The notes beneath the pieces were generated by a model that ran no database searches, was not told the origin of the DNA, and saw only the letters and a program-made list of their open reading frames with translations. A stretch of DNA of 55,978 nt from an uncultured Candidatus Saccharibacteria bacterium (GTDB lineage Bacteria; Patescibacteriota; Minisyncoccia; UBA6257; 2-01-FULL-56-20), in the NCBI GenBank assembly GCA_964645125.1, contig CAZXZC010000001.1, forward strand, positions 1 to 55,978, in the 5' to 3' direction. Numbering within the stretch: the first letter of the stretch is position 1; the number at the start of each line of letters is the position of its first letter. Both the position numbers and the translations under genes were made by a program. Below, one piece after another: positions 17,022 through 26,170 of this stretch.

Positions 17022-18170
17022 ATGAATACACCTCTCGGCAAAACACTTGTTCAACGTGTAGCAACAGCCAAAGAAAAGGCTCGATTACTTCGACTTGCAC
17101 TCCCCTCGCTTGCCATATCAGATGAGCGTGCCACAGAAGTTCGCAACATCGCCCATGGCGTGTATAGCCCGCTAACTGGGTTTTTGGGGAAAAAAGACGT
17201 GGGTTCTGTTCTTCGCCATTGCACACTTACCACCGGTGTGTTTTGGCCCATACCGATAATTCTCGATATTTCAAAAGAGCAGGCTCTGCAATTTAAAAAA
17301 CAGAATGTTCCACGTCTTTTTTTGACCTCATCGACCGGGCGCAAACTCGCACTTTTAGATGTTTCTGAAATATACATGTTCGATAAAAAGGCGTTTTGTA
17401 TGGGCGTGTTTAAAACTACCGACACAAATCATCCGGGCGTAAAAAAAATATTCGCGCGTGGCGAGTATTTGATAGCGGGAGACATTACACTCTTGCAAGA
17501 TACCAAGGGCGAGTTTGCTCGATACAATCTTTCGCCACAGCAGGTGCGTGGTATTTTTGCCAAGCGGCACTGGAAAACCATTGTGGGATTCCATACTCGC
17601 AACGTTCCCCATCGTGGGCACGAGCATGTGCAGCGCGAAGGCCTGAAGCATGCGGATGGAATATTCGTCAATCCGTTGGTAGGGGTAAAAAAGGCGGGCG
17701 ATTTTCGCAACGAGGTAGTTTTGAAAGCATATGAATATCTTGCCCGCTATGTGCTACCGCGCGGAAAATCCTTGTTAGGCATTTTACCCCATAACCCGTA
17801 CTACGCAGGACCACGAGAAGCGCTGTTAACGGCTGTAATTCGCAAAAATTTTGGCTGCACCCATTTTATTATTGGCCGCGATCATACCGGTGTGGGCGAC
17901 TACTATAAACCCCAAGATTATGAACGGATGCTGGCGCGATACCAGGGACAGATGGGTATTACTGTTCTGCATTTTAAAGAAGCGTTATATTGCCGTGGGT
18001 GCGGCGGTATGATGCTCGAGAATCTGTGCGTGCACGATGAACATGAACGTGTTCGCCCAAGCGGCACTAAGGTTCGTGCCGCACTTGTTGCAAAAAAACA
18101 TCCACCGCACGAAATGATGCGGCCTGAAATAGTACAACTCGTGCTTCGACAAAAAACATTATTCGTATGA
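17022..18170 (+). CDS. sat: Sulfate adenylyltransferase (ATP sulfurylase)
   Basis: The 382-aa protein has the signature motifs GFHTRNVPHRGHEH and HFIIGRDHTGVG, plus a PUA-like N-terminal domain. Confidence 0.93.
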   Translation: MNTPLGKTLVQRVATAKEKARLLRLALPSLAISDERATEVRNIAHGVYSPLTGFLGKKDVGSVLRHCTLTTGVFWPIPIILDISKEQALQFKKQNVPRLFLTSSTGRKLALLDVSEIYMFDKKAFCMGVFKTTDTNHPGVKKIFARGEYLIAGDITLLQDTKGEFARYNLSPQQVRGIFAKRHWKTIVGFHTRNVPHRGHEHVQREGLKHADGIFVNPLVGVKKAGDFRNEVVLKAYEYLARYVLPRGKSLLGILPHNPYYAGPREALLTAVIRKNFGCTHFIIGRDHTGVGDYYKPQDYERMLARYQGQMGITVLHFKEALYCRGCGGMMLENLCVHDEHERVRPSGTKVRAALVAKKHPPHEMMRPEIVQLVLRQKTLFV

Positions 18171-19579
18171 ACAAAAAAACTCCCTCGCTTAAGAAAAAAG
18201 TCTTTGTGCTTGGTATCGACGGGCTCGTGCCCAGACTTGTGTTTGATCAGTATCGCGCGCACCTTCCGACCTTTAGTCGTTTAATGAAAGAAGGTGCGTA
18301 TGCGCGACTGCAGTCGACCGTTCCGCCGTCTTCTATTGTTGCGTGGACTTCAATTGCCTCTGGCAAAGACCCCGCCCAAACCGGCATTCATAGCTATACC
18401 AACCCACCACATAAATCTCGCGGCACTCGACTCACTACTTCGCAGGATGTCAGAGTTCCTTTGTTGTGGGACATTTTAACCACGCATCACAAAAAATCTA
18501 TCGCATTAAATATCCCCCTTACCTATCCGGTGCGTCCCATCAATGGATTCATGGTTAGTGACTTTTTAACTCCTTCTTTTGATACTCACAGTGTATATCC
18601 CCTTTCGTATAAAAAGAAGATCACACAGCTTCTCAAGGGTAAAGAGTACATGTTTGATGTGGCGGGGTTTACGGGATACAAAAAAATGGATTTGCAGGCG
18701 ATTGTCGATAAAACATACGAGATGACCGATATGCACTTTACGGTTGCCAATGATTTATTTCGTACCGCTGATTGGGATTTGTTTTTTATGGTTGCCATTG
18801 GCAGCGATCGTCTGCACCACATGTTCTGGCGCCATATTGACCCAGCCCACTCTCAATTCGTAAAAAATTCAAAGTATAAAAATGTGGTATTGGATTTTTA
18901 TACATATCTCGACGCAAAACTTGCGAGCTTTTTAAAGGTTCTTGATACAAACCCCCATGCAACAGTGCTTATTGTTTCTGATCATGGCATGGATAAAATG
19001 GAGCAGCGCTTTAACTTGAATGACTGGCTTATAAAAAAGGGTCACCTGACACTTACGGCAGAAGCGAAGTTACTTACGACCGCAGGCCCCAAAAGACTCG
19101 AGTATGGCCCAATGATCGACTGGAAAAAAACTGTTGCCGTCGCCAGCGGTGGATACCAAGGTCGCATTTACCTACTTGAGAAAAACAAAGAAAAACGAGC
19201 GAAGCTAAAGCGTTCAATTATGCAGCAGCTTGCTAAAATACCCGGCGCACGTGGTGAGCAACTAGAAAACCATGTGTTTGATACTGCGACACTCTACGCT
19301 CGGGTGGATAGTGCCGCACCGGACATTATTGTCTACTTCGATAATCTGCGCTATGGGGTAAATAACGATGTTGGCAATGTGGGCTTATACTCCACGGCAA
19401 CTACGGTGGGCGTTGATGACGCAGGACACGCCCCGTTAGGAAGTATTATTATTCGATCTTCCGACCTTCTCCAAACAGGAGACTTAGGCACTCTTGATAT
19501 ACTCCAGGTTGCACCAACTATCCTGAAGGCCTTGGATTTGCCGGAATACAAAAAACTGCGTGGCGCCCCCCTTCTCTAA
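18167..19579 (+). CDS. Alkaline-phosphatase-superfamily protein (type I phosphodiesterase / nucleotide pyrophosphatase family)
   Basis: The 470-aa protein has VFVLGIDGLVP, STVPPSSIVAWTSIASG (putative nucleophile region) and VSDHGM. Its start overlaps the sat stop by 4 nt. Confidence 0.75.
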   Translation: MNKKTPSLKKKVFVLGIDGLVPRLVFDQYRAHLPTFSRLMKEGAYARLQSTVPPSSIVAWTSIASGKDPAQTGIHSYTNPPHKSRGTRLTTSQDVRVPLLWDILTTHHKKSIALNIPLTYPVRPINGFMVSDFLTPSFDTHSVYPLSYKKKITQLLKGKEYMFDVAGFTGYKKMDLQAIVDKTYEMTDMHFTVANDLFRTADWDLFFMVAIGSDRLHHMFWRHIDPAHSQFVKNSKYKNVVLDFYTYLDAKLASFLKVLDTNPHATVLIVSDHGMDKMEQRFNLNDWLIKKGHLTLTAEAKLLTTAGPKRLEYGPMIDWKKTVAVASGGYQGRIYLLEKNKEKRAKLKRSIMQQLAKIPGARGEQLENHVFDTATLYARVDSAAPDIIVYFDNLRYGVNNDVGNVGLYSTATTVGVDDAGHAPLGSIIIRSSDLLQTGDLGTLDILQVAPTILKALDLPEYKKLRGAPLL

Positions 19580-19597
19580 ACATTTATTTTTATCTTC

Positions 19598-20665
19598 ATG
19601 AAACATCCTCACAAAAAACTCGCGACCCATATTTTGTGCACTATCGGCCCCACATCCGAATCAAAGACTGTTATTTCTGGACTCGTAAAAGCGGGCGTGC
19701 AGGGGCTGCGCATTAATTTAAGTCATACTCCACCCGAAAAGGCCCTTGCCATTGCACGCACCATTCGCAGTGTTTCAAAAACTGTTCCACTTATTATTGA
19801 TACTCAAGGAAAAGAAACACGCGTTGGTTCACTTGCTGGATCAATTACCATTTCAACAGGAGATACGCTTACTATTACACACTCTCATACTCACCCACTT
19901 CCCGCGCTTCATATTAGTCGATCCGATGTGTTTGACGTGGTGCGTCGAGGTGATCGATTCTCTCTGGATGATAACGCTCTTGAGTTTAAAATTATGAATA
20001 TTGATCGTGAGCATTCTCACCTTACTGTCGTTGCGGTAAAGGGCGGTGTGGTTGCAGCACCAAAAAACATAAAGTTTAAAAAGCCGTTTGAACCAAAATA
20101 TCCGCTCACTGACCGTGATCTTGAGACAATCAAGCTCCTTGCCCCCCTGGGCATTACCGAAGTTTCGCTTTCCTATGTGACCGATGCTGCCGATATTAAG
20201 CACTTGCGGGCGATGGTGTCGAAGAACATTCAGATTTCATCGAAGATTGAAAAAATGGCTGCCATTACCAACTTAGATGAAATTATTCAAGGCAGCGATA
20301 GAGTATTTATTGACCGTAACGATTTAGGTACAGAAATTGGGTATGAAAAAATACCACTCGTGCAAAAATTTATTACTGCCCGTTGCATTGCCGCTGAGAA
20401 GCCAGTGTTTGTGGCAACTCATCTACTAGAGAACATGATTACCAAAGACAAGCCGACCCGCGGTGAGGTAAACGATATTATCAATTTAGTACTTGATGGG
20501 GTACATGGCCTTATTCTTTCTTCTGAAACAGCTGTTGGGAAAGATCCGGTACGAATTGTAAAAACATTACAAACCTTGATCGCGCAAGCAGAATTTATTC
20601 TTCATAAAACCAAAGGTGCGGTGGCAGACACTTTGGCGCGACTCGATACGCTTCACTATCTCTAA
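19598..20665 (+). CDS. pyk: Pyruvate kinase with A and B domains only; the C-terminal domain is absent
   Basis: The 355-aa protein keeps the PK catalytic motifs: ILCTIGP, RINLSH, IIDTQGKETR, SSKIEKMAAITNLDEII, FIDRNDLGTEI, ATHLLENM and PTRGEVNDIINLVLDGVHGLILSSETAVGKDP. It ends about 110-120 aa short of typical PKs. Confidence 0.85.
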   Translation: MKHPHKKLATHILCTIGPTSESKTVISGLVKAGVQGLRINLSHTPPEKALAIARTIRSVSKTVPLIIDTQGKETRVGSLAGSITISTGDTLTITHSHTHPLPALHISRSDVFDVVRRGDRFSLDDNALEFKIMNIDREHSHLTVVAVKGGVVAAPKNIKFKKPFEPKYPLTDRDLETIKLLAPLGITEVSLSYVTDAADIKHLRAMVSKNIQISSKIEKMAAITNLDEIIQGSDRVFIDRNDLGTEIGYEKIPLVQKFITARCIAAEKPVFVATHLLENMITKDKPTRGEVNDIINLVLDGVHGLILSSETAVGKDPVRIVKTLQTLIAQAEFILHKTKGAVADTLARLDTLHYL

Positions 20666-20677
20666 CCTCTTGCACCC

Positions 20678-21208
20678 ATGAAAACACAGGCCGCCTGCAC
20701 CGTTTGGTTTACTGGCTTATCTGGTTCGGGTAAAACCACGCTGGCTCGGCGTTTGAAACGCGCGTTGTCACGCCGAGGACACACTGCAGTCATTTTAGAT
20801 GGTGATGAGATTCGTAAAACCATTTCAAAAGATTTGGGTTTTTCAAAAAAGGATATTGCAGAAAATCATCGGCGCATTTTGGAGCTATGCAAAAAACATG
20901 CCCAGGCTGGCACCATTGTTATTGTGGCAACTATATCCCCTCACCGAGCAGTTCGGGCGCGTGCGCGCGCACAACTACCGCGGTTTGTAGAAGTATATTG
21001 CAACGCATCCCTTGATACGGTTCGGGCGCGCGACGTGAAGGGTCATTATAAAAATGTTGCATCGGGCGCACTGCGACAGTTTATTGGAGTGCATACCCCG
21101 TACGAAGCCCCCAAAGATCCCGAACTTACTCTGGCCACCCACGCAGAACCCCCCACCGTATCACTGAAAAAAATATTAGGATTTCTGGAAACTTGCGACT
21201 ATATTTAA
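20678..21208 (+). CDS. cysC: Adenylylsulfate (APS) kinase
   Basis: The 176-aa protein has the P-loop VWFTGLSGSGKTTLA, followed by ILDGDEIR and the LGFSKKD segment. Confidence 0.93.
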   Translation: MKTQAACTVWFTGLSGSGKTTLARRLKRALSRRGHTAVILDGDEIRKTISKDLGFSKKDIAENHRRILELCKKHAQAGTIVIVATISPHRAVRARARAQLPRFVEVYCNASLDTVRARDVKGHYKNVASGALRQFIGVHTPYEAPKDPELTLATHAEPPTVSLKKILGFLETCDYI

Positions 21209-21229
21209 TGGGTAGAATTTTTTTCTTGT

Positions 21230-22285
21230 ATGGCAACCATATATCTCCTCACAAACTCTCCAGACCAGCTCCAGGGTGCTTTTTTTAAGAGTACTGATGT
21301 TTCCACCGGCGGAAGATCAAATGTGGTGTTTTGGAATGAATTTAATGAGGCACTGCGTCAGAGCGGACACGCACTTGCAACCCATGATCAGTGGTCAAAA
21401 GAAATTGCTAATCCCGACGATATTTTAATCGTCGTTAACCATCCCGGAGAAACACTTTTATGGAAATTGTACTACCTATTTAAACACTTCAAGAGTCGCG
21501 GCGGCTTCATTCTTGATCGCCAGCGGTTTTTGAACACAAACTATCGTTTTTTTCAGAAGCGAATTTTGCTCCAAGCAGAGCCACCGATGGTGATGCCATA
21601 TGTATATCGCAATCTGTCATCTTTAGATGCCCAACGCGTTTACACAAAGATACTGTTAGTGTGCAAGGGGTTTGGTGCTCAGTATGGATACTTCAATAAC
21701 TTCTCTGATATTGGTAAAGATATTACGAGTAGGTATTTTAATAATCAAACACGTAAATTTCTTACGCTTATTAATGCAAACGTCACTCCTCATTCATTTA
21801 TCAATGAGTTTTACGGTGAACGCCTGAAGGCAATACGCTATTTTAGTACTGTGCCTGGCTTTGATCTCTATGGGTACAAGTGGGATGGTTTTATCAGACA
21901 TCCACTCTATATTCACTACGGCTCATATGTCAAAAAAACGTGGCGGGGCACAACGCCCGATAAAATAAAAACACTGAGTGAGTATACTTTTTGTTTATGT
22001 TATGAAAATTGTGCCTACCCCGGATATTTCAGTGAAAAGATATTCGATTGTTTGGCGGCTGGGTGCATCCCTGTATATTTGGGAGCGCCCGATATTACTG
22101 ATGTAGTACCTGCCTCATGTTTTATTGATTTTAGAAATTTTCCGGATTACCCATCGCTCCACCGACATCTTTCATCTTTGTCGGAACATGACATTAGTCG
22201 CTATCGCGCCGCTATTGCTGCATTTTTGCACAGCCGGAGCGGAAGTGCTCACATGCACGATTTTGTACAAAAACTTATTGCCTGA
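21230..22285 (+). CDS. GT10-like glycosyltransferase (alpha-1,3/4-fucosyltransferase family)
   Basis: The C-terminal region EYTFCLCYENCAYPGYFSEKIFDCLAAGCIPVYLGAPDI..FIDFRNF matches the GT10 motif (F.L.FENS...GYVTEK..DA...G.VPVY.G). Confidence 0.7.
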   Translation: MATIYLLTNSPDQLQGAFFKSTDVSTGGRSNVVFWNEFNEALRQSGHALATHDQWSKEIANPDDILIVVNHPGETLLWKLYYLFKHFKSRGGFILDRQRFLNTNYRFFQKRILLQAEPPMVMPYVYRNLSSLDAQRVYTKILLVCKGFGAQYGYFNNFSDIGKDITSRYFNNQTRKFLTLINANVTPHSFINEFYGERLKAIRYFSTVPGFDLYGYKWDGFIRHPLYIHYGSYVKKTWRGTTPDKIKTLSEYTFCLCYENCAYPGYFSEKIFDCLAAGCIPVYLGAPDITDVVPASCFIDFRNFPDYPSLHRHLSSLSEHDISRYRAAIAAFLHSRSGSAHMHDFVQKLIA

Positions 22286-22362
22286 TAACTACCCCTTGGT
22301 TTTGCAAACCGTCTTCTTTGTTTTTTTCTCAAAACGCTCTATACTGGTTCGGTACTTATTCT

Positions 22363-22980
22363 ATGGCGAAACACTATCCCTCCAGAGCCAAATTAAGTGA
22401 TGATGAGCTCGCACAAACGGCGGCGCTGTTGAAACGCGTCACCCCGATCCCCTACATGGAAAACAAAGTATTTAAGGCGTTTTGGGAGGGACGTTTAATG
22501 CCCATGATGACTCTGGAGTTTTTTATTTTTCAAGAAAATCCATTTACCTCTTCCAAAAAAACATTGCCTCCTATTCTTCTTTCATACCGCACCGATGAGT
22601 ACTACGATGCCTGGCATGTGCCTGGGGGGTATTTGGGAGCAAAAGAAAGTATTGCCGAAGGTGCCCAGCGCATCTTGCAGCGTGAGCTCGGGACTACTCC
22701 AAAAATGATGCAGCCGCTTTTTATGTTGAACCGCCCGCACGGAAGCCGAGAGCACCATGTGTCTGCGTTTATCGGCGTGACCCTAGCAAAAAACCCATCA
22801 ATTAAAAAGGGGTCGTTGGAGTACTTTAGTTTGTCACGACTTCCAAAGAATCTTATTCCCTACTACTACGAAGTTATTCCTTTATTGCGCAAAACATACG
22901 CATTTTCTCGAAGTTTACCGCCACGCACACGCGCATCATTTTTTAATATATTGAAGTTTTGCGAAATTTCAGGAACCTAG
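22363..22980 (+). CDS. Nudix-fold-like protein with a degenerate Nudix box
   Basis: The segment WHVPGGYLGAKESIAEGAQRILQRELG approximates the Nudix box GX5EX7REUXEEXGU only imperfectly. It is a distant paralog of 26171-26773. The start is set at ATG 22363, since the track starts at an upstream TTG. Confidence 0.5.
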   Translation: MAKHYPSRAKLSDDELAQTAALLKRVTPIPYMENKVFKAFWEGRLMPMMTLEFFIFQENPFTSSKKTLPPILLSYRTDEYYDAWHVPGGYLGAKESIAEGAQRILQRELGTTPKMMQPLFMLNRPHGSREHHVSAFIGVTLAKNPSIKKGSLEYFSLSRLPKNLIPYYYEVIPLLRKTYAFSRSLPPRTRASFFNILKFCEISGT

Positions 22981-22988
22981 CACCGCAC

Positions 22989-24098
22989 TTACGAAAGGAC
23001 GGCTTTTAATGAATCAACAACGTACACCTGCTCTTCTGGCGCAATATCTTCAAATAGCGGGAGAGAAAATATGGAATCTGCTACCGCCTGCGCTCTTGGA
23101 CATGGGTCGCGCGGCAACTCCTTTGAGTAGAATGGCTGGTTGAAAACAAGCACCGGGTAATGAATTGCCGTATCTATACCCTTTTCTTTTAATGCTTGCA
23201 TAATAACTTCTCTTGATTTTGCCTCACTACGCACCGGATATAAGTGATACACATTTGTTGCGTTCGGGTTGCACCACACAGGGGTTATTGCAATTCCGGC
23301 TTTTTGCAAAAGCTGATCATAGCCCGCGCCAGCATGCCGTCTCTTTTGTGTTGCCTTAGCCAGACCTGGCAATTTTAATGACAATACAATTGCTTGAATC
23401 GGATCAAGGCGCATGTTGTACCCAAGGTGCGTATGGTTGTTTTTTGATGTCTGACCAAGATTGCGAAGTATTTGAACCTGCTGGGCCATCGCTTCATTTG
23501 AAGTCGTAATAGCACCGGCATCTCCGAATGCTCCTAGGTTTTTGGTGGGATAAAAACTCCACGCGGCGATATCGCCCCATGAACCCACTTTTTTAGTATT
23601 CCATGTTGCCCCGTGAGCCTGAGCGCAATCCTCGATAACAAATAACTTGTGTGCGGCGGCAATATTCATAATTGATTCCATGTCTGATGCTTGACCATAT
23701 AAATGCACCGGCAAAATCGCACGAGTTTTTGGAGTAATCAGTTCTTCGATTTTTGCTACATCTATGAGCAGGGTCTTTGGGTCAATATCAACAAACCGCG
23801 GCACGGCTCCTGCGCGCAGTATCGCTGTTACAGTTGCGTTGTACGCATTGCCCTGTGTTATCACTTCATCACCTTCTTTAATGTCACATGCTTTTAAGGC
23901 AAGGTAGAGCGCGTCAGCGCCATTTGAAACTCCAATAGCATGTTGTGTGCCGACGTACTGTGCCCACGCTTTTTCAAACTGAGTGAGTTCATCGGTGAGT
24001 ATAAAATTCGCTTTATTTAAAAATACCTCGAGGTTTTTTAAAAATTCTTCTTTTATGTTTTGCGTTGGACCAGCAAGGTCTAGAAATTTTACTTTCAT
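22989..24098 (-). CDS. DegT/DnrJ/EryC1/StrS-family PLP-dependent sugar aminotransferase
   Basis: The 369-aa protein has the family's typical layout: GVSNGADALYLAL, VIEDCAQAHGA, and SFYPTKNLGAFGDAGAI containing the PLP lysine. Confidence 0.92.
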   Translation of the reverse strand: MKVKFLDLAGPTQNIKEEFLKNLEVFLNKANFILTDELTQFEKAWAQYVGTQHAIGVSNGADALYLALKACDIKEGDEVITQGNAYNATVTAILRAGAVPRFVDIDPKTLLIDVAKIEELITPKTRAILPVHLYGQASDMESIMNIAAAHKLFVIEDCAQAHGATWNTKKVGSWGDIAAWSFYPTKNLGAFGDAGAITTSNEAMAQQVQILRNLGQTSKNNHTHLGYNMRLDPIQAIVLSLKLPGLAKATQKRRHAGAGYDQLLQKAGIAITPVWCNPNATNVYHLYPVRSEAKSREVIMQALKEKGIDTAIHYPVLVFNQPFYSKELPRDPCPRAQAVADSIFSLPLFEDIAPEEQVYVVDSLKAVLS

Positions 24099-24811
24099 CG
24101 TTTTAAGAGTGTGCGCTCATCTTCAATTCCCAATACTGTTTTCATTTTTGTGATATCAAGCGACGTATCTGTTGGTACCCACTCTGGCTTTGGTATGACC
24201 TGTATATCAGCACGACTGCGCCGAGCATAGGCTTCAAGCGTAGTTCGCGGCCCGCCAATATTCATGATACCCGTTGCAGTTGAACGAGCAGCCGCGAGTA
24301 CTAAGGGCGCCATTTCATCAACATATAACTTCGAGTTCCACTGCCCCTCATACACTTTTTCCCATGGGAATGGTACGGGGCCAAAACTTAACCGTAGTAT
24401 GAGCGAATCAACAAGAAGCGCAACTGCAGCCTCGCCGCCCAACTTTGACCACGCAAACTTATAGGGCGCGCATATAGGATCGGTTTCAGCATGAGGACCT
24501 GCCCCAACGTACAAATAATCGGTTGAGGTGTAGACGAGTCGTTTGTTATATTTGTGCGCAGCCAAGGCGAGATTAGCAGTTCCAATAATATTCACCGTCA
24601 ATCCCAGCTCCGGACTTTTTTCATGTTCTGGCGGCTTGGTTGCTGCGGCAAGATGTAAAATGATATCAGGGTTGTATTTTTCTATTACCGCATTCACAGA
24701 AACGCTATTGGTAATATCAAGCTCTGCGTGGGGTGGCGCAATAAGCTGGCTATCGAGCTTTTGTATTTCTGTTCCTAACAGCCCTGACCCGCCCGTAAGG
24801 AGTATTTTCAT
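24095..24811 (-). CDS. RmlD-like sugar-nucleotide reductase (short SDR)
   Basis: The 238-aa protein has MKILLTGGSGLLG, HLAA, and STDYLY followed by YKFAWSK (YxxxK). It overlaps the downstream aminotransferase by 4 nt. Confidence 0.75.
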   Translation of the reverse strand: MKILLTGGSGLLGTEIQKLDSQLIAPPHAELDITNSVSVNAVIEKYNPDIILHLAAATKPPEHEKSPELGLTVNIIGTANLALAAHKYNKRLVYTSTDYLYVGAGPHAETDPICAPYKFAWSKLGGEAAVALLVDSLILRLSFGPVPFPWEKVYEGQWNSKLYVDEMAPLVLAAARSTATGIMNIGGPRTTLEAYARRSRADIQVIPKPEWVPTDTSLDITKMKTVLGIEDERTLLKR

Positions 24812-24819
24812 GCTCTTTA

Positions 24820-26016
24820 TTATTCAATAATCCTTGGCATTGGGACATGAGTAATCCATTTGCCACCTGCTTTTCGATACCAGCCCTGATACTCATCGAT
24901 TTCTTTGGAGTGATTCCACGCGTTAAGGAACACGTAGTCAATGAGTTTTGATGGGTCGGTTTTGCCCGCCTCAAACACATCTTGCGAAACAACCGGGATG
25001 TGTACCCCAGGGTAGTACTTCCCCTGTTTCACCGGGGTGTTGTCGGTTACGAATGAGATGAGCTCGGGGCCAATGCCACAATAGTTATAAATAGTGGTTG
25101 CTTTTGAGGTTGCGCCAAAGGCAGCAACTTGTTTTCCCTCTTTCTTTAGGGAATTCAGAATATCCAAAAGCATTGTTTTTGATTTCACAACATTTACTTT
25201 TAATAATTCCAGCTTTCCTGGAAGATCTTGCTCTTTGGTGAGCCACTCTGCTACCGCCGGGCGCACGGGGTGCGTGTCTTTATGCCCTACATACATGCGA
25301 AGCTCACCGCCGTGTACTTCGATGTGCTCACAATCAAACACATGAAATCCATGGGGTTCCAACATTTTATTTATAAATGAAATGGTGAAATACCATACAT
25401 GCTCATCGTATATTTGGTCATACGAAGTTTTCTCTACGATGTCCATGAAGTAGGGATCCTCGAACACAAATACTCCGTCTTTTCCGATTAAACGAGTGAT
25501 GCATTCGATATATTTTTCAAACTGCTCAATGTGACATGAAACGTTTGCGCCAAACACCAAAGAAACCTTGCCTTTGGCTAAAATTTCGTCCACTACTTCA
25601 TGGCTTACAAATTTTGATATGACCTCATGGCCGCGTGACCGTGAGACTTCGGCTACATTTGTGGATGGTTCTACCCCCACTGCTTGCACTCCTAACTGCC
25701 TCCATGCCTCAAGCATGATGCCATCATTGGAACCGATTTCCACCACCAATCCTTTGCCGGCATATGGCAACAATTTTTCTGCAGTTTCATGAAAATGCCG
25801 CTGCATACCTTTTGATGTTGAGGAAAAAAACGCGTAGTGATCATGAAACATTTTTTCGGCTGGCACAGTATTCACCAACCCAATAGCATGGGTATGCGGA
25901 TCGTAGCCGAGCACCATATGAAAGAAAAATTCATTATTGAACTCTTCGGGGGTAAGAAAGCCATTAGCAATGGGCATCTTACCAAAATCAATAACCGGTT
26001 CAAGCTTTATTTCCAT
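24820..26016 (-). CDS. NDP-hexose C-methyltransferase-type class I SAM methyltransferase
   Basis: It has FGKMPIANGFL, YAFFSSTS and VVEIGSNDG, plus the C-terminal C-methyltransferase domain (AFGATSKATT..). The N-terminal Cys zinc-ribbon seen in many relatives is absent. The start is set at ATG 26016, while the track uses TTG 26052. Confidence 0.8.
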   Translation of the reverse strand: MEIKLEPVIDFGKMPIANGFLTPEEFNNEFFFHMVLGYDPHTHAIGLVNTVPAEKMFHDHYAFFSSTSKGMQRHFHETAEKLLPYAGKGLVVEIGSNDGIMLEAWRQLGVQAVGVEPSTNVAEVSRSRGHEVISKFVSHEVVDEILAKGKVSLVFGANVSCHIEQFEKYIECITRLIGKDGVFVFEDPYFMDIVEKTSYDQIYDEHVWYFTISFINKMLEPHGFHVFDCEHIEVHGGELRMYVGHKDTHPVRPAVAEWLTKEQDLPGKLELLKVNVVKSKTMLLDILNSLKKEGKQVAAFGATSKATTIYNYCGIGPELISFVTDNTPVKQGKYYPGVHIPVVSQDVFEAGKTDPSKLIDYVFLNAWNHSKEIDEYQGWYRKAGGKWITHVPMPRIIE

Positions 26017-26170
26017 GCTTACCACTGTACCACCGGCACCTTCTAATTTCAAACAAATGAATGCACCATCTTAAATAGAAATATTGACAAAAGTTATAAA
26101 TATAATATAGCATTGTTCCAGTTTGATTATTTACAAGGTATCGAACATTTTTGCAAAAGGAGACTATGGT

